DNA of 63,204 nucleotides, the filler included, from Reticulomyxa filosa (lineage: Eukaryota > Protista > Foraminifera), in NCBI GenBank assembly GCA_000512085.1. It is 15 parts of 15 records of this genome, joined end to end, with 100 filler letters (N's around TTAATTAATTAA, not from the genome) between each part and the next. Parts side by side here need not be neighbours in the genome. Positions count along the whole stretch, not along the records: positions 47,208 to 60,402 come from ASPP01026171.1; positions 60,503 to 62,101 come from ASPP01003395.1; positions 62,202 to 63,204 come from ASPP01016776.1; 12 more parts are not named here. One strand, 5' to 3'. Below the pieces are notes generated by a model. It searched no databases, had not been told where the DNA came from, and saw nothing but the letters and a program-made list of their open reading frames with translations. Below are positions 51,862 to 63,204 of this stretch, piece after piece. The translations under genes and the position numbers were made by a program. Each line of letters starts with the position of its first letter. Within the stretch, counting starts at the first letter, position 1.

Positions 51862-52184
51862 CTAGTAATATACGAAAGCGGACACATTATAAAAATGATT
51901 GATTTTCTTCACAAAAAAACAATATTTAGACCAAATTTTTTTTGAAAATATCTACAGATTGTGGTCTTTAAATATGATTTTTGTTTTTTATTAAATCTTT
52001 CATAATTGTTTCAAAAATTTAAATAATTTTTTCGACATAATTTCGTTTTAATAAAGAATTTCTTACTTTTTAAGCTTTTTGACCATTTTTTTCAAATTTT
52101 TGCCGTTTTTGTTGTTTTTTGACTGGTTTGTGCTCTTTATAATGTGACATTTTATGTATTAACTTTCTTTTGCATTCTACTGTA
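51862..52184. mobile_element. Degenerate ~320-bp MITE-like derivative of the Tc1 family
   Basis: Left part AAAATATCTACAGATTGTGGTCTTTAAATAT matches the TIR core; right end AATGTGACATTTTATGTATTAACTTTCTTTTGCATTCTACTG+TA. Confidence 0.65.
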
Positions 52185-53024
52185 GTATGTATATCGATAT
52201 TATGTGTCTGATTTCGTGTTTGTGCCAACGAATTAGTTTTATTTTGATTGTATTTATAAATATGACAATGACACCAACCCAGTGTAATAGACAATATTAA
52301 TTTATATTTTAGATAAAAGTTATATATCACCTCCAAACAGTTAAATAATGTTTTTGTATTTTTCTTTGTTTATGTTGCATGTATTTTGTGTTATCTTATC
52401 ATAGACTTTAAAATATATGTTATAGAAATTAATTAATGAAGTTTCCATCCTTATCTTGTCTTTAATTTATTGCAGCTGGATATACTATGTCATTGATTAT
52501 TCCGTAATTCAACTTACGAAATAGATTGCGAACGAAGTGAAGTAGTCGAAGCTTTAAGTATAATATCGTTGCTGATATTGGATGAAGATGAACACGACAA
52601 CAATAAAAAAAAGAAAACTCGAGTTTTTTGTTCAAATTCTAAAGATAGTTTTTTCATTTTTTTAGATTCATCTTTTTCTTTGTGATTTGTCAAGAAAGTA
52701 CAAAGTTGTAATGTTTTACTTGAATAATGACGAAAAGAAATTTTTTTTTTTGCAGTAAAGATCTCTTTTCCTCTTTCTTAGACTGAAGATTTGAACTAAT
52801 AATGAAAGTGTGTCGTATTTCGATAGTAAATAGAGATGTGTGTTTTACACTTCAATCAAGATAAGACTTAAAAGAGTTGTACAAATTAAATTTTAAACAA
52901 AATCCAAAAAACGAAACAAAGGAGCAAAAGTTGGTGAAAGAAAAAAAGGATTTGGCAGTTCAGGGCGAACTTCCCTTTACAGTGGTAGGAAGAACTTTTA
53001 ACGGAACTTGGTAACATAAGCTAA

Positions 53025-54107
53025 ATGAGCATTTTAGATGAACTTTTAGCAGCACGTGCTCGTGCAGCTAATAAATATCAACTGTCGAAGCACCAAGAGC
53101 AACCAACGGTCAAAGAAGAAAAGCGTGAACAAGAAAAAGTGTCAAAAAACAACGACAGTTACTGGAGTTTCTTTCGTCAAGAAACAACATCCAGTGTAAT
53201 TGAATGCGCACACCCCCAACACGGACGATGTTTACAATGTTCAGGAAGGATGCTTCTCCACACAAAATTAGAAAAGTGTTTTAAGCTTAGAGACATGTTG
53301 AGTCAGAACATGTACTTATCGAAGTGTGAAACGAAGGATATTTCGACGATGCACGAGTATGTATCTCATTGTTGTGGTCTTTATCATTATTGCTTCGAAT
53401 CATCTCAATCTCAGGAATTCGAAGCAAATAAGAAAAAAGTGAATGAGCTGATTGACATTACACGCAAAGCAGATCCAAAGTCACTTCAAATTACAAATCA
53501 GCCAAAGTCATCTTTGCAATACGGAGAAGTGCTATTCTATTCCTGTGCGCACATGGTATTCGATTTGTTGATGCTGTCAAGCAGCAAATTGTTTTCAGAA
53601 CATATGACATTCATAGATTTGGGAAGTGGTATTGGGAAATCGTTGTTAGCCGTATCTTTGCTCTTTCCAAATTTTCGCAAATGCATTGGTATTGAGATCG
53701 TACGTAAATTGCACGAAATTGCATGCAATTCCACGAAAGTTTGGAGTGACTCTCTGAAATTGCAAGATATCCTTGCATCCAAAGTCGAGTTGATTAATGG
53801 CAATTTCTTCGACGAGACTTTGATAATCAGCAAATTGTTTGGGTCGGATCACCAAACTACAGTTTCCACTGTTGTGTTTATCGCATCAACGGCATTTTCG
53901 GCATCCACGATGACAAAACTAAATGATATGCTGTTGCAATTACTTGACGACAATTTTCAATGTATAAATTATGTCGGGGTTATCACACTTTCCCATCCTC
54001 TTCCAGACAAACAAAGGTTCAAAATTTTAAAAACTGATTCTTATCGTATGTCTTGGGGAAATGTCTCTGTTTTTTTCCAACAATACCAACCTCAACTGTT
54101 AAAATAA
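53025..54107 (+). CDS. Class I SAM-dependent methyltransferase, DOT1-like, intronless
   Basis: LQYGEV, FIDLGSGIGK, CIGIEIV, LINGNFF, VVFIASTAF, MSWG. Confidence 0.8.
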   Translation: MSILDELLAARARAANKYQLSKHQEQPTVKEEKREQEKVSKNNDSYWSFFRQETTSSVIECAHPQHGRCLQCSGRMLLHTKLEKCFKLRDMLSQNMYLSKCETKDISTMHEYVSHCCGLYHYCFESSQSQEFEANKKKVNELIDITRKADPKSLQITNQPKSSLQYGEVLFYSCAHMVFDLLMLSSSKLFSEHMTFIDLGSGIGKSLLAVSLLFPNFRKCIGIEIVRKLHEIACNSTKVWSDSLKLQDILASKVELINGNFFDETLIISKLFGSDHQTTVSTVVFIASTAFSASTMTKLNDMLLQLLDDNFQCINYVGVITLSHPLPDKQRFKILKTDSYRMSWGNVSVFFQQYQPQLLK

Positions 54108-54406
54108 GACAGTGCCATTTTTTTTTAACAAACTGACAAAATGTAAACGATGTTAGCACATAATTTTCTGTTCCGTTGACAACTATTTCTTATCGTGTAT
54201 CACGTTTGCTCTCTCCTTTTTTCTTTGCTAATTAGAATTGGAGTTTTAGGAAACAACAGTGGCAATGTTAAAATGTAAAAAGAGATCAGAAACAAAATAT
54301 CATATCGATAGCAATTTTACAAAGTTTTTGAAGAATCGTAATTCTTTGTTGATAAACATACAGAGTATCAAACGAAAGAACAAAGCAATAAATCAAAATG
54401 TGAAAA

Positions 54407-56778
54407 TTATTCGTTATTTAACATTGACGAAGCTATTTTTTTCAGACCATTGGCCTTGCTATGTCTCTCGGTTTCGGCAGTTTCCAAGTCTTCCATTGAC
54501 TTGTCAATGTCGTTTAATAATCCTTCCAAAGCGACTGTTTCTTGTAATTCTCGTGGATTTGTCAGTGGCCCATTTGAGTTGTTGTTGTTCTGTGATTTAA
54601 TGTCATTCAATCGAATACAAAATTACTTTGCATCAAAAAAAAACAAACAAAAACGAAGCTCAACCGTTGGAATGTCAATCACATCATCATCAATACCACT
54701 TCGTGATATTTTTGTATTTTGAAAAACTCGGGCTGTAATGTCAACGACGTGTCTTCCAAAATAAGGATCGGAGGGACTAATTAATGCCATTAAGTGTTGA
54801 TAATGATTACATCCCTCATATGATATCAACTCCACCTAATGTGAGTTTCACATTTCAAAACAAAAAAAGGTCTTTTTACAATCACTTTTCTCCTTTCGTA
54901 CATTTTGCATATATCATTTTAAAAAAATTAAACTGGAACACCCAATTGCAGCAATATCTGGTGAAACTTTTGTGTTGACGTTGAAGGCACAATAATGTCT
55001 TTCGTGCCATAAATGAATAGAGACTTTGGCCATCTACGCTTGCATTGATTGGCTAAGTCAATTAATGATTTCGAATAATCCGTGTCATTCACAATTTCGT
55101 TTTCTTCTTTTTTTTCTTCGCTTTGTTTGTTATCGGCTTCAGAGGTAACAAAACAACAACAAGTGAGAGATGGGGGGGGGGGAAAAAATTCATTTTTTTT
55201 ACATAAAATACATAAAAGGACAGACTTGAGTCCCCAAACAAGGAAGACATGGATAGACTTGCTTTCCTAGCCCAATTCGAGTGATTCTTTCCGTCAGAAG
55301 CACGACCATCTGCAGCCAATCGATGTTTGGCATTGTGCCATTGATTGAGCAACCACGTCGGCGAATATTTTTCAAAGTGTTCGACTCCGTGCATTGCACG
55401 AGCCATGGATGACAGAGAGTCCACACCACGATGACATTCATGTTTCAAATGGTCCGCGATATCATAACATCCGGCCAGTCCGACAAAGTAGTTGATATGA
55501 TCCAACCACGACAAACTTGTATATTGCAATGAAATACAACAGAGTTCGTAAAAGAAAAAGATTTATAAAATGAGGGAATCGAAACTTCCTTCGAATGGCT
55601 TCGATCATGGCAATAGCAGCAATATTGGCCCCAGCAGAATGTGCGACAATGTTAATTTTGAGAGGATGGATTTGCAAGACCTGGTGGAATCTGACGATCC
55701 ATTGCATCGTTTCCTCGATATTGGCGCACATGTCTTCAATCATCCCATCTGGAAACCCGGCGTACGTTGGCACGACAACGGCGATATTCCGATTTGTGAA
55801 GGTGGCACCAATACTTGAGGAAAATTCGGGACGGGGTCTTGACCAACCACCTCCTGGAATGAATACAATACACGGGGCCAAGTACATTTCGTCTGAATTT
55901 TGAATAGGCTCACGTGGAGGCAGAAACAAATGTAACACCTCTTTTGGATGCTTCTTTGAATAGTGCACGTTCATTATACATATCATTTCTGTTGCACTTC
56001 TCTGTCCCTGTTTCAAGTACTGCATATATCACCATCATTGCGAAAAAAAAAAAATTGATTTGACAACTTTGTCTTTTGCTTAAAGGTATATATATGTATA
56101 TGTGCAAATATGTCCTATTGGATATGCGTATGCAAAGTGCAATGAACGAAAAATTAATTACTTTATCAGGTTCGTGAATGACCAATTCTTTGTAATGTCC
56201 TTGTACTACTTCTCTTTCGATTTTTTGTTCTTTGATCCTAATCGATTCAAACGCTTTTTTGGACTGTTGGCTTATCACAGTCGCAATTGTCTGTTCGTCC
56301 AACTCATCACTGGATTTTCGGCTCAAATCGCATGCCCCCGTTGATTTCTGAAGACACGCGCGATGAAAGTCTCCACATTGTGCCACTACCTTCCAAAATC
56401 GGATCAAGGAAAAGTATTCCCACTGTGCTTTAAACATTCGAAACACCCGCTTGGGATGCCATTGACCGTATTCAACTATTCCCTCAAGTGTTTACCCCAA
56501 CACCATCGTTTTACGAAGAAAAAACTTTATTCTTTAAATGGTATATGTAAAAAGTAACTTTTAAAAATAGCGTGATCAGGAGGGTATGTCAAATACATCA
56601 AGTGGGCAAAGAAATACCAGGCCGGAATCAATGAGACAAACAGCCCAGCAACGTACAGCAGCAACCAAACAATTGTGGACATTTCTTTGCCTGAGAAAGA
56701 ACTGGCAAAAACATACGCACTGAACAAAGTGCCACAATAAACAGCTGGAAATAACACATATAATACCCACTCATACAT
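54407..56778 (-). CDS. Alpha/beta hydrolase resembling isoprenylcysteine methylesterase (ICME), with N-terminal TM segments
   Basis: APCIVFIPGGGW, PTYAGFPDGMIEDM, nucleophile AHSAGANIA, FVGLAGCYDIADHLKHE..RGV, YEGCNH; several introns. Confidence 0.8.
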
Positions 56779-57562
56779 TATCGTTTTGATCTCAATGAAT
56801 CGATTTATATCCTTGCTATCCAAAGAACACAGTAACAAACAAAAATCAGTTTCTGTTAACAATTACAAATTAATATAGCTTTTATTGTTTCGTCCATGTC
56901 TGTACAATATTTTCTGGCTTTGAACTGCAGTAATATCGCCAAACATTTGACAAAAAATTATGTAATATATTTATGTGACAGTATTCTTGTAAATCACTTC
57001 AGTGAAGCTAAAAAATAAAAAAATGTTGTTACAAAGAAAAAAGATATTAATTTTGGATCAGTTGTTTATTTTATATGTATTTTTGACTCTACATTTCTAA
57101 AGTTATAAAAATAATTTTTTGCTTACTTTGTGCATTTGACTTTTCATAATTGTTATTTTCAAGAATGTTTCTATTCAAAAAAAGTACAAAAAGTTAAAAA
57201 TAATGAAAAATTGAGTCTAAAGGCTCGGTAGTAAAAATGGATTCGCAAAAATAATTGAAAACACTTTTTAAAAAGTGTTAAGCAAACATTTGAGAAAGAT
57301 TCATTATGCCCGTGTAGTTGTAAAGTATATTTTTTCAAATAAGTTATTTCAAAGTCTGTTAAAAGTAAATGCATGAAGATTAAAAAATTTTATTTTATTA
57401 TTGAGTGTTGCATACATTTTAACATAATGGATGTAAACATCAGTTAAAGCTTGACTCCAAGAAAAAAAGGAAACCGAAAAAGAGCAAAAAAACTCTTGGT
57501 CATATTTTCATCGAGTGGATTTGCAATCAAAAATCGAGCTCGATATTTAAATCAGACAAACC

Positions 57563-58078
57563 ATGCCAAAGAAAATAAAAAAAATAGGAAAGCGCAAAGC
57601 GCCACGACGTCGAACGGGAATGACAGAAGAAGACGCCGCAAAAGCAGCGGAACTAAAAGCCAAGCGCAAATTTCGCAAATATTACTACCGAGGAATTGAA
57701 GTTGAAAAATTGTTGGATTTGGGCACTCGTGAATTTAAAGAATTAGTGCATGCCAGAGCTCGTCGAAGATTCCGAAGAGGTCTGAGCGATAAACATAAGT
57801 CGTTTATTAAACGCTTGCGAAAAGCTAAGAAAAGTGTTCAAGGCACGATCAAAAAACCAAAAATTATTAAAACTCATTTGCGAAATATGATTGTTGTGCC
57901 TGAAATGGTAGCCAGTCAGGTCGGTGTTTACAATGGCAAAGGTTATATCCATGTCGAAATAAAGCCTGATATGATTGGTTATTACTTGGCAGAATTTTCC
58001 ATTACTTATAAGCCTGTTGGTCATGGAAGACCTGGTTTAGGTAGCACAGGATCTGCTAAGTTTATTCCATTGAAATAA
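57563..58078 (+). CDS. RPS15: 40S ribosomal protein S15 (uS19), intronless
   Basis: [71 protein letters not shown]. Confidence 0.98.
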   Translation: MPKKIKKIGKRKAPRRRTGMTEEDAAKAAELKAKRKFRKYYYRGIEVEKLLDLGTREFKELVHARARRRFRRGLSDKHKSFIKRLRKAKKSVQGTIKKPKIIKTHLRNMIVVPEMVASQVGVYNGKGYIHVEIKPDMIGYYLAEFSITYKPVGHGRPGLGSTGSAKFIPLK

Positions 58079-58716
58079 AAGAGTTTCAATCTTTTGAAAT
58101 TTTTTTTGGTGACTTATTGTATCGTGCCTTGTTTTTTGTAAGAAAAAACATCTCCATTTTGTGAGCACATCCGTCGTGCAAATTACTTCTCCGCAAAATC
58201 GGTTCAATTTTTACTATTTTGTAACTCAGAGAGGACACTGCCAACTTTTTTTGAAAAACAGTATTTCCGCATTTATTCACTAATATGCAAAAGGGTCTCA
58301 CAACGAAACTTTAAAAGAAATTTTTAATTACAAGTTAAAAAAAGTAAAAGCCACAAACTAAAAGCTAATTAATTTTGCATTAGTTGAATGTACCATTGTT
58401 TTTCGATAAACGCAAATAAAGGGTTGAAAACTTTGTTTGATCTCAAACCAAAGACAATTTGTTTTCTTCCAAAACATTTTACCGTGTACCATGATTTTAA
58501 AAAGTTACAATATGGGAAAAAAAGAGGGGTTAATGCAAAAAGCACGTACGGCCTGATTGTTAGGATGCTTGAATCACAAAAAGTAAAACGACACCTCAGA
58601 CCAAATTAAGAAGAGATAAAAAGATAAGTTATTCGATTGTAGTTAGTTGTGAAATGAGATCCGATTGATGTGTGAAAACTGAACGGTTTGAGATTTATAC
58701 AATGATAACTCGCAGG

Positions 58717-60330
58717 TCATTCGAATGTGTTTGGCCTGTTTGAAAGAGAAGAGATGAAGAAGGAGAAAAAAAAGAGGATCAATATATATAACTTTTGCTC
58801 GGAAAAACGCGAGCTGTTTTCATGTTCATATTTCATGTCTTTGTCTGTGGAATCAGTGCTATCTTGTTGAACACCTTCTTCTGATGGATATTTACGTTCA
58901 TTTGACGTGACAGGAGTTCTAAATGAGAGATGGTAATTACAAACAATCAATTTATATTGGTTTTAAGCACAGCCTTCTCTCTTCCCTCCCTCCTCCCTCT
59001 TGAATAGTTTTCATCCTTACTCTAACTTTACACTCCACTCCAAGGTGGAGGGGTTCACTCCAGAAATTTTTTTTTTGGAGGAGACGAAACGTTGGAATTT
59101 CAATCATCGGGGGACTTTCACTTGTTTTGTTGTCTTCATTCGTTTTGGAATTGTCAACTGTTTGGATCGTTTCAGTTGTTTGAGAAATCTCAGTTTCAGC
59201 CCCAGTTTCGGCTGTTTTGGTGTCTTCCGTCGTCTAATGTTTTGTTGTTTGTAAAATGGGCTCAAAGACTTGATTTGTTCAAAACACAGCCAAGATAAGA
59301 AAGGGAGATACCAAAGAGCAAAATGGATATTTGATCAAAGTATTGCTTGAAATTCTTTTGTCGGGTAATTGAAACAGTCCATTAAGAACATCTATTTTGT
59401 GAGAAAATTTTTGAGTGTTTAAAAAAAAAGGAATAAAGAAATGAAACAAACCAACCAAAAGCGTCTCTCGTTAGCATTGGCAACAACGATTGCTTATCCA
59501 TTTGCTTAAGCAAATGACCTTCTTGTGTCACCAGCTCTTGCTTGTCTCCCAACAAATAGGGAAATGGAAAGATCTTGAACAGCAACATCCACAAACAAAC
59601 TCCAAGACACCACATGTCTGCCTTGAAAGGATTAAATCCTGTTTCGTCCATATTATCCATCTTTCCCCCCCAAGCATGCATATACGTATAAATTGTATGC
59701 GTGTGTATGTTTCCCTCGAAAAAGCAACACAAAACTTCTGGTGGAAAATATGCTATTTTGCCGGTACGATAATTCAGACGGATCTGATCATTCACTTCAA
59801 GAGCTGATCCAAAATCAATGAGTTTGATGAAAGGTCTGTTGGATTGTCCCTCTTTTTTTTTTTTTTTTAAATAAAACATGTGAGTGCTCATCGCTCCTCC
59901 CGTCCTTATCTTTCTCTTCCAAAAAAAAAAAAAGGTGGCTATGATTGTTGTTTGGGACGTCAAAACAATAGCATACTAGCGATAACAAAGTTTTCGAGAG
60001 AAATATCAAGATGAGCAACGCCATTAGAATGGAGCCAATCGACGATGTCTGCCATTTGCGCGAAGATATGTTGCGCAGCCAAGAAGCGCTTGAAGCTGTG
60101 TACTTCATCCGGACTACAGAATTGGCGAATGTTTCTTCTCCCCCTGCACCACTTTTGAAAAGTGGCAATAGGTTCCATGTTTGGGTACAATACATATGAT
60201 AAATATTGGCAGACATTCATACTCCGATGGACCCCAAATCGTTCCCATCCGCACTCACAAAATTCCGTCGCCAAATAGTAGTCTCCCAATGCTCCTGGGG
60301 TCTCCCAATGAGTAATATATCGAGAAATCC
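58717..60330 (-). CDS. Ser/Thr protein kinase (non-RD), 5' truncated; 3' end approximate
   Basis: YLATEFC, WLHSNGVAHLDISLENF, IKLIDFG, GKIAYFPPEV, KADMWCLGVCLWMLL, PDKRI. Confidence 0.88.
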
Positions 60331-61018
60331 CTATTTTGCGTGTGTATATGTATATGGCATTCTGTTACAACAGTATACGTTTGTTTTTTTTTTTTTTTTT
60401 TTNNNNNNNNNNNNNNNNNNNNNNNNNNNNNNNNNNNNNNNNNNNNTTAATTAATTAANNNNNNNNNNNNNNNNNNNNNNNNNNNNNNNNNNNNNNNNNN
60501 NNATATCTAAAATTTTTACGCCATAATATACAAACAAAAAAATATTAAGACTGTAAAAAGGACTGTCACTGAAGGAGATTGAGTACAAAATATAATATGA
60601 ATCTCTTTCGAGCAGATTTCAACAAAAACAAAAAATTTCCAAATATTGCTGTGTTAGGAAGAAATAATAAAAAATTAACACCTTTCGAAATTTTCAAATA
60701 ATATTTAAAAAATAAACGAGTAAGATCCAACTTTTAATACCAGATTTATCAGGATATGCAGATGTTTTTAATTAAAAAAATGCAACGTAAGGTTTATTTA
60801 AGGAAATTTTTATATTATAGCTAATTTTGATATTTATGAATTGCAGTTTTTCCTGTCAAAGCGATGAGAGAATGCGCAGTCAAGCGCAATTGTTAATAAA
60901 AAATATGGATATTGATCTTAATTTTAACCGTACCGGAAGGAGATAAGAAAAAAAAATCAAGAAAAACGTCCTTCCCTCTTACCCCCTCTTTCTTCCCTTT
61001 AAAAGATTAGAAAAAATA

Positions 61019-62101
61019 TCACTGATTGATATCGTCCAACAGTCGGTCGATAGTGTCAGGAGGAACAACAGGCTTATCGGGATCATTTTTTTCTTGACCA
61101 GCATTGTGACGCGCTTTAGATTGCAAATTGATTTGTCTTTCAACCATTTTTGCATAAAGACCTTTTTCTGCAACAAGCTCGTTGTGTGTGCCTTGTTCGA
61201 CAATTTGTCCATCATCAATGACAATGATTTTATCTGCAGATGCAACAGTACTTAGACGATGGGCAACAATGATGACAGTGCATTGCTGATCAGCGATGGC
61301 CTGCTCCAAAGCAGCTTGTACCAATGCCTCTGACTCTCCATCCAAACTGCTTGTTGCTTCGTCTAAAATCATCACTTCGGGTTTGCGCATCAACACACGG
61401 GCAATACTTAGTCTTTGTTTTTGACCGCCACTCAAGCGTGTTCCTTTTTTACCTGTTTTATTTATTTGTCCATTTGTTTTTTTTTAGCAAGAGATTAGAA
61501 ACAGTTAAGATTGCAAACAGTATGTGCGTGCACATGCACAAACATGCATACCGACACGAGACTTATACTTGTCATCAAATGATTGAATAAATTGATGGGC
61601 TTGCGCCAATGTGCATGCACGAATCAAATCTTCTTCAGTGTATTCATCAACGCTATAAGCGACATTATGTTCAATTGTGTTTGTGAACAGCTCAGTGTCT
61701 TGTGCAACCATCGCCATTCGTTTTCTCACACTATACACGTTATATTCACGCATATCGACCCCATTGATTGTTATTCGACCCATTGTTGGATCGTAAAATC
61801 CTATAATGTGGTGCGTAATTACAAGTTAAGTGAGTGTGTTTTTATTTAGTTATTTATTTATTATTGCTGGTATCCCTCTTCTTATTTGTTACTCGTCCAT
61901 TATTTTTTTTTTTTTTTTTTTTTTGCAAACAAACTACGTAACTCATGAGTAGTGACAAAATAGTAGTTTTTCCACTTCCACTACGTCCAACCAAAGCGGT
62001 GCGTTTTCCTCTTTCAAGTGTTATATTAACTCCTTTTAACACTTCTTTGTTAGGCTCCAACTGATAAGTGAATCGAACATTTTCATATTTTATGTCACCT
62101 T
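61019..62101 (-). CDS. ABCB-type ABC transporter, C-terminal nucleotide-binding domain
   Basis: Walker [11 protein letters not shown]-loop VAQD, signature [13 protein letters not shown], Walker [17 protein letters not shown]; two introns. Confidence 0.95.
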
Positions 62102-62201
62102 NNNNNNNNNNNNNNNNNNNNNNNNNNNNNNNNNNNNNNNNNNNNTTAATTAATTAANNNNNNNNNNNNNNNNNNNNNNNNNNNNNNNNNNNNNNNNNNN
62201 N

Positions 62202-62217
62202 TTTGCAACCTACTGTA
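62202..62217. mobile_element. Tc1-type TIR tip at contig start
   Basis: TTTGCAACCTACTG+TA identical to 27617-27632. Confidence 0.65.
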
Positions 62218-62913
62218 TTATAAAATGAAATTAAATTTATCAAACAAAATAAAAATAATTTAACATTGTTCGCCAAATACTTGATTTAAAAGTGAATTTT
62301 TAAAAATATATAAAATAAGTGTTTGTAAAGAACTTTTTATTTATATCATATTTTTTTTTTGGGACTTTTATTCACCGTAACATTAAAAAATATTTCTTTT
62401 ATCATTAAGAAGGTTGAAATATTTAGTTCTATTATGAACTTAATATATAAAATTTTCTTTTGTTTATAAATTAAACTAATTTTTACACAACTATGGATCA
62501 ATCAAAAATAAGTTGTGTCGGGAAGCTACCACGATATACTTTTGCTGATTGTTTTATATACGGCCATCCTGTTAAGCTGACTCAAAATTTAAATATTGTT
62601 ATTTTTTTCTTATTATTTTTTGAATGTTAGAAATTAAAGTAATTTTTTGAAAGATTTGATAATAACAATGATAAAAATGAAAACTTTGAAAATATTAAAT
62701 GAAAACATAATTTTATGGTTAAGTGAAAAAATATTGAGTAGTAACAAAAGACAGATGAAATCATTAATACACTTAAAAAATGAAATTAGTTATGCATCAC
62801 TGACTAATATTCCATATGCGAATGTCATCAAACAAATATTTCAAAAATGATAAAAGAAAAAGAAGTAATGTGGCCCAAATTAAAAATTTTTGTTCGGCGA
62901 GAAAAATCATTTT

Positions 62914-63108
62914 TTATTTGGTCCAAATCTTATTTAAAATTTGTGAGCATGCTTGTCGTGGAGCAATAGCTCCAGACGTGACATCTTTTTCAATGCCATC
63001 AAATTCCTGTTGCATATCACTTACTTTCATTTTGATACTTCTCCAAACATGTTTCCATGTTGCATGCTTCAATTGGGCTTGTCTTTGTTTTTGTAGCTCT
63101 CCACTTTC
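62914..63108 (-). CDS. Last exon of a probable MMAA/MeaB G-protein (methylmalonyl-CoA mutase chaperone)
   Basis: ESGELQKQRQAQLKHATWKHV..IEKDVTSGAIAPRQACSQIL resembles the MMAA C-terminus (SGEL..R..Q...W, E..V..G...P..A...L); only 64 aa visible. Confidence 0.6.
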   Translation of the reverse strand, partial: ESGELQKQRQAQLKHATWKHVWRSIKMKVSDMQQEFDGIEKDVTSGAIAPRQACSQILNKIWTK

Positions 63109-63204
63109 CTTTTTTTTTTTTTTTTTAGAGAAAAAGAAGAACAAGTAATATGTTTTAATTGATCATTATATAAAACCAAAAAAGTTCCGAGGATAAGGGG
63201 GGGG

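Noticed and set aside
8631-62201. Recurrent TTAATTAATTAA flanked by N runs as a biological repeat or CRISPR-like array
   Set aside because: Exactly 44 N + 12 bp + 44 N every time, with stops in six frames: an assembly linker. Gene adjacency across linkers is unproven and ORFs running into X are artefacts.
33845-63108. LMBR1-like, ABC transporter and MMAA-like genes as a cobalamin gene cluster
   Set aside because: They lie on different contigs; the LMBR1 protein looks LIMR-type and the transporter is ABCB, not ABCD4.
1-63204. tRNA, rRNA, snRNA genes, CRISPR arrays, telomeric repeats
   Set aside because: None recognised by eye; tRNAscan-SE and Infernal would be needed to exclude divergent ones.

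Overview
AT-rich, intron-rich eukaryotic (protist) genomic DNA, read with the standard code. It is not one contiguous locus: 15 contigs are joined by 14 identical artificial 100-bp linkers (N44-TTAATTAATTAA-N44). The expanded Kelch-like, WD40 and PUB-like families resemble those I recall from the foraminiferan Reticulomyxa filosa (Rhizaria); this is inference, not a database result. Recognisable genes: stomatin, ADPRM metallophosphatase, CIB-like EF-hand protein, a DENN-domain Rab GEF, imidazolonepropionase, EDEM/GH47 mannosidase, PP4 catalytic subunit, LMBR1-like protein, Gln-dependent NAD+ synthetase, DOT1-like methyltransferase, ICME-like esterase, RPS15, a non-RD kinase, an ABCB transporter, an MMAA-like last exon and several WD40 paralogs. 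Mobile DNA: a decayed Tc1-type transposon with many solo ends, two LINE remnants and a ~1.07-kb foldback. Strongest unexplained signals: (1) atypical intron grammar, with donors often GT-Y-RAGT, poly(A) instead of a polypyrimidine tract before AG, and intronic foldbacks; (2) a DENN-ENTH fusion with a coat-binding-type tail; (3) a ~33-aa phase-0 exon module in front of five WD40 propellers; (4) extreme, patchy synonymous codon composition. All exon structures were traced by eye from reading-frame consistency and need RNA-seq confirmation.
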